A stretch of DNA of 63,711 bases, filler included, from Barthelona sp. PAP020 (lineage: Eukaryota): assembly GCA_040182905.1 (NCBI GenBank). It is 2 parts of 2 records of this genome, joined end to end, with 100 filler letters (N's around TTAATTAATTAA, not from the genome) between each part and the next. Parts side by side here need not be neighbours in the genome. Positions count along the whole stretch, not along the records: positions 32,092 to 63,711 come from JARQWU010000106.1; 1 more part is not named here. One strand, given 5' to 3'. The notes under the pieces were generated by a model that was not told the origin of the DNA, searched no databases, and worked only from the letters and a program-made list of their open reading frames with translations. Of the stretch, positions 61,901 through 63,711 are shown piece after piece; the stretch's first letter is position 1; each line of letters opens with the position of its first letter. Made by a program: the position numbers and the translations under genes.

Positions 61901-63711
61901 AATATTTATGATATCATAACACTTAAGAATCAATGATAAATGACTGGATAAATCCAAACTCCTGAAATTTTTAATGAACTTTTCATAAATTAAAACGTTT
62001 CCACCAAAATTAACAAAGTTCTTAACAGTTTTTGGATTAACTATGCACAATAATAAATCTAAATATTCCTCAATCTGTGTGTGAGAATTATCATTAATTT
62101 TCAATTTGAATCCACTTTCAATCAATTGTTCAAACCCTTCAAAATTTGAAAATTTCTTACTCCAATTAAGAGCATCCATTTCAACATACAACATGTACAA
62201 TAATTGAATGCCATTCTTATAATGTAAATCATCATTCAACAATTGAATACAATCGTTCAATAGAATATCATATTGTTTTCTTGAAATGATCACACCATCC
62301 ATACCATTCTTAATCAAAGGTTTTAAGTATAAAGAAGATACAACAGGTTCATTCTTTAACAAAGGATAATCCAATTGAGTTTGTTGCTCATGAATAAAAG
62401 GCTCATTAGGTTTATTATGAATGATAGTTTTGATTTTTTTAATGGAAGATTCAACTTGCAGTTTTAAATAATTGAATGTAGAATTATTCCAAATAGCATT
62501 AGGAATTTCAATTGAATCATATAATAAACTAATACTCTGATCAAAACCTATTCTATCTAAATAATTTAGAAAAGGTTCAGGAAAATATAAAAATAGAGGG
62601 GTATAATTATTGATATTGATATTGATATTATAAACTAACAATAAAACTTTCATTATACTAGCAAGATAGTCCTTCTTACTAGAATTTAATACAACTAAAT
62701 GATATAAACAAGCTTTATAAAAATTAAATTGTTCCAAATGTAATATGATTGGAGGTTTTTCTTTAAAAATATTATACAATAATTCACATATCTTTTTAAT
62801 GATAATTACATTATTGGACCATAAACATTGAATTAATCTCCATAAATATGAAGGATGTAACATCATACGTTTACCAATAGGTGCTGGTACAACAAAAGAT
62901 TCATTAGAAATTACTTCTTCTTGTTCATTTATTGTTTTTGAAACTTGATCTTCTAATGAAGGTGTAATAGGTTTGTTTTTATTATTATTGTTAAATAATA
63001 ATTGATGAGAACTAACTCTGATTAATAAATCTAAAGATAATAAAGCAATATCTGTAGAATTTACTACAATATCAAAATTAATAAATGAAGTTTCAATTTC
63101 ATCAATCAAATCTTGAGTAGTAGAAGGATAATTGAGATTTGCTAACAACCAATTACCATCATTATCTTTTGGTATTGTTTCAATATTAATGAAAAAATCA
63201 CCATCAATATTTTCATTTTCTTTGTGATTCTTGGTCATTTTTTGTAATTGTTTTTGTTGGTTCATATCTTTAAAAGTATAATCTATTGTTGGTTTTCTAT
63301 CATTAAAATTATAATTTGCTGGAATAGTAACTAAACCATATAAACTGATACATAAAGGTTTTAATCCACCAGCTTTTACAAATTCACTAGCATTTTCTTT
63401 GACAACACTAGCAAAACTAAAGAATTTTAATAACAAATAATATAATTGAGATTCTTGTTGATTATTATTGTCTAAAGATTTGAAATAATTTGTTAGATAA
63501 GGAATCATTGATAAATATCCAATACAATCTTTCTCTTGAGCATTTATCAAATACTTTTCTAAAATATTGTTCATTATTACCAATAATAATAATTTCTTCT
63601 CATAAATCTTTTCATTTAATAATTCCAAAAAGATACTGTTCAATAAATTTTGTGGATTAATTATTTCAAAACTTTCAAAATCTTTTAATAAAGTATTCAA
63701 ATAATAACCTC
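58919..63711 (-). CDS. RME-8/DNAJC13-like protein, 5'-truncated by the contig end, with a long acidic tail
   Basis: VVNSTDIALLSLDLL, PAPIGKRMMLHPSYLWRLIQ, two IWN-type repeats (IEIPNAIWN, IETPIIVWN) and LKNEPVVSSLYLKPL are colinear with RME-8. Confidence 0.72.
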   Translation of the reverse strand, partial: GYYLNTLLKDFESFEIINPQNLLNSIFLELLNEKIYEKKLLLLVIMNNILEKYLINAQEKDCIGYLSMIPYLTNYFKSLDNNNQQESQLYYLLLKFFSFASVVKENASEFVKAGGLKPLCISLYGLVTIPANYNFNDRKPTIDYTFKDMNQQKQLQKMTKNHKENENIDGDFFINIETIPKDNDGNWLLANLNYPSTTQDLIDEIETSFINFDIVVNSTDIALLSLDLLIRVSSHQLLFNNNNKNKPITPSLEDQVSKTINEQEEVISNESFVVPAPIGKRMMLHPSYLWRLIQCLWSNNVIIIKKICELLYNIFKEKPPIILHLEQFNFYKACLYHLVVLNSSKKDYLASIMKVLLLVYNINININNYTPLFLYFPEPFLNYLDRIGFDQSISLLYDSIEIPNAIWNNSTFNYLKLQVESSIKKIKTIIHNKPNEPFIHEQQTQLDYPLLKNEPVVSSLYLKPLIKNGMDGVIISRKQYDILLNDCIQLLNDDLHYKNGIQLLYMLYVEMDALNWSKKFSNFEGFEQLIESGFKLKINDNSHTQIEEYLDLLLCIVNPKTVKNFVNFGGNVLIYEKFIKNFRSLDLSSHLSLILKCYDIINIIRNVCKEIQDINDIIEVDKNVFQQYFNLFKDTEGNDEIDHLFYQLFEGLKGLENYKLFMLVFLHKNLSIPEAKRKMFEYLKTLHEHLQTFPIFENICLENDYNSLETTLTTNIETPIIVWNSKWINEFKEWMYENLNNNKVFKPKVYANYTIIEGIFLETLVNMPTFKIEKENSIKLFTKMLDELKNDHDNQNQNQNIISIKRMRLFIDSISVLIKQNAETIGNLFDDEIIELFLSKIFLLNEQYLIIRQIVQIFIDLITIKSFKIKLINYLISNHLILRELIVYINERTNSNNHIDLIFSLFDSLLSFDKQFCYHCLNCGFGILILNYFFKIKNCNFDVKVFMKILNDINIVDKDGKELTNYSFKKQLLLCLPPYLAYLYQNDFKSFDSNIIHVFYDDNLKNYWLKWLNLQNEEQLRVIEKETFYPWYFNQEDIEYGQIMNKIFEKIIENFIKLNLPKESDFDELIRLFDMKDYIYFDDYVVGFSKIIDITEKKINENLFDDSWIKYLDKLLKYSRFVKLLATKNLINVLVEIDFILSSSDNTLSPEETNVHNSISKFLKAARKQKELSYVFRKADQKIDEKIQNLQNPKEENQSEQSKEEKEEIEQEPIKQEPIEEIIETNDSKEIKPEEDIDDKVEHKEEMVDSEKNVDTDEENKNQSEQPKEEEEEKEEEKEKEEEKEKEEEQNEIELNENENVSKNEHQEQEEFDQNIADKHEDQQTEIEIEKESVQNENEIEKSSEIDQVQEPEVEEEPNPSESKNQNVFDMDSEKDEQNHNENEIECDLELEEKQNEHESEEEDENKDIESEPARESESESELQKDHESENEDENEKIETELEEENVKKDEELDVIEAEQEQGNRSEIDERDVDETRQETEEDELEESENEVERNVVDVNKDFDCVSTSVKHELNENVAENVAETVKEEKDERIVEDMSVDEVVERQKVEVMSKKEVLEEDKEDSTTNVSSPNVESETIENYTDENKISSENENKE

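Noticed and set aside
1..63711. Alternative genetic code or bacterial contamination
   Set aside because: TAA, TAG and TGA all terminate long conserved ORFs; the prokaryote-type genes are interleaved with eukaryotic genes at similar composition

Overview
AT-rich, very gene-dense, nearly intronless eukaryotic (protist) DNA in the standard genetic code. One 45-nt spliceosomal intron, a recurring WGTAAA motif near stop codons and three prokaryote-type metabolic genes suggest a bacterivorous metamonad-like flagellate (inference only). The window is two separate contigs (1-31991 and 32092-63711) joined by an artificial N44-TTAATTAATTAA-N44 spacer. Contig 1 starts with a ~21.5-kb segment of mirror-image architecture. 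Each end has a beta-adaptin 5' end head-to-head (80/81-nt spacer) with one of two strongly diverged orphan paralogs, followed inward by copies of a ~320-bp repeat. The two adaptin copies are identical over the 99 nt up to the contig edge, which resembles a flip/flop invertible locus. Other genes: ankyrin protein, SCAPER, a catalytically dead multi-TM (DEK1-type) calpain, WDR3/Utp12, ATG16L, eIF2-alpha kinase, NamZ/DUF1343, CinA/PncC, DPP3, a WD40/coiled-coil protein, importin-7/8, GPKOW/Spp2, an EGF protein, two GATA-finger paralogs around a NEK kinase, a PfkB kinase and an RME-8 homolog apparently lacking its J domain. There is also a short decayed 18S rRNA fragment. All calls come from reading the sequence by eye; no searches were run.
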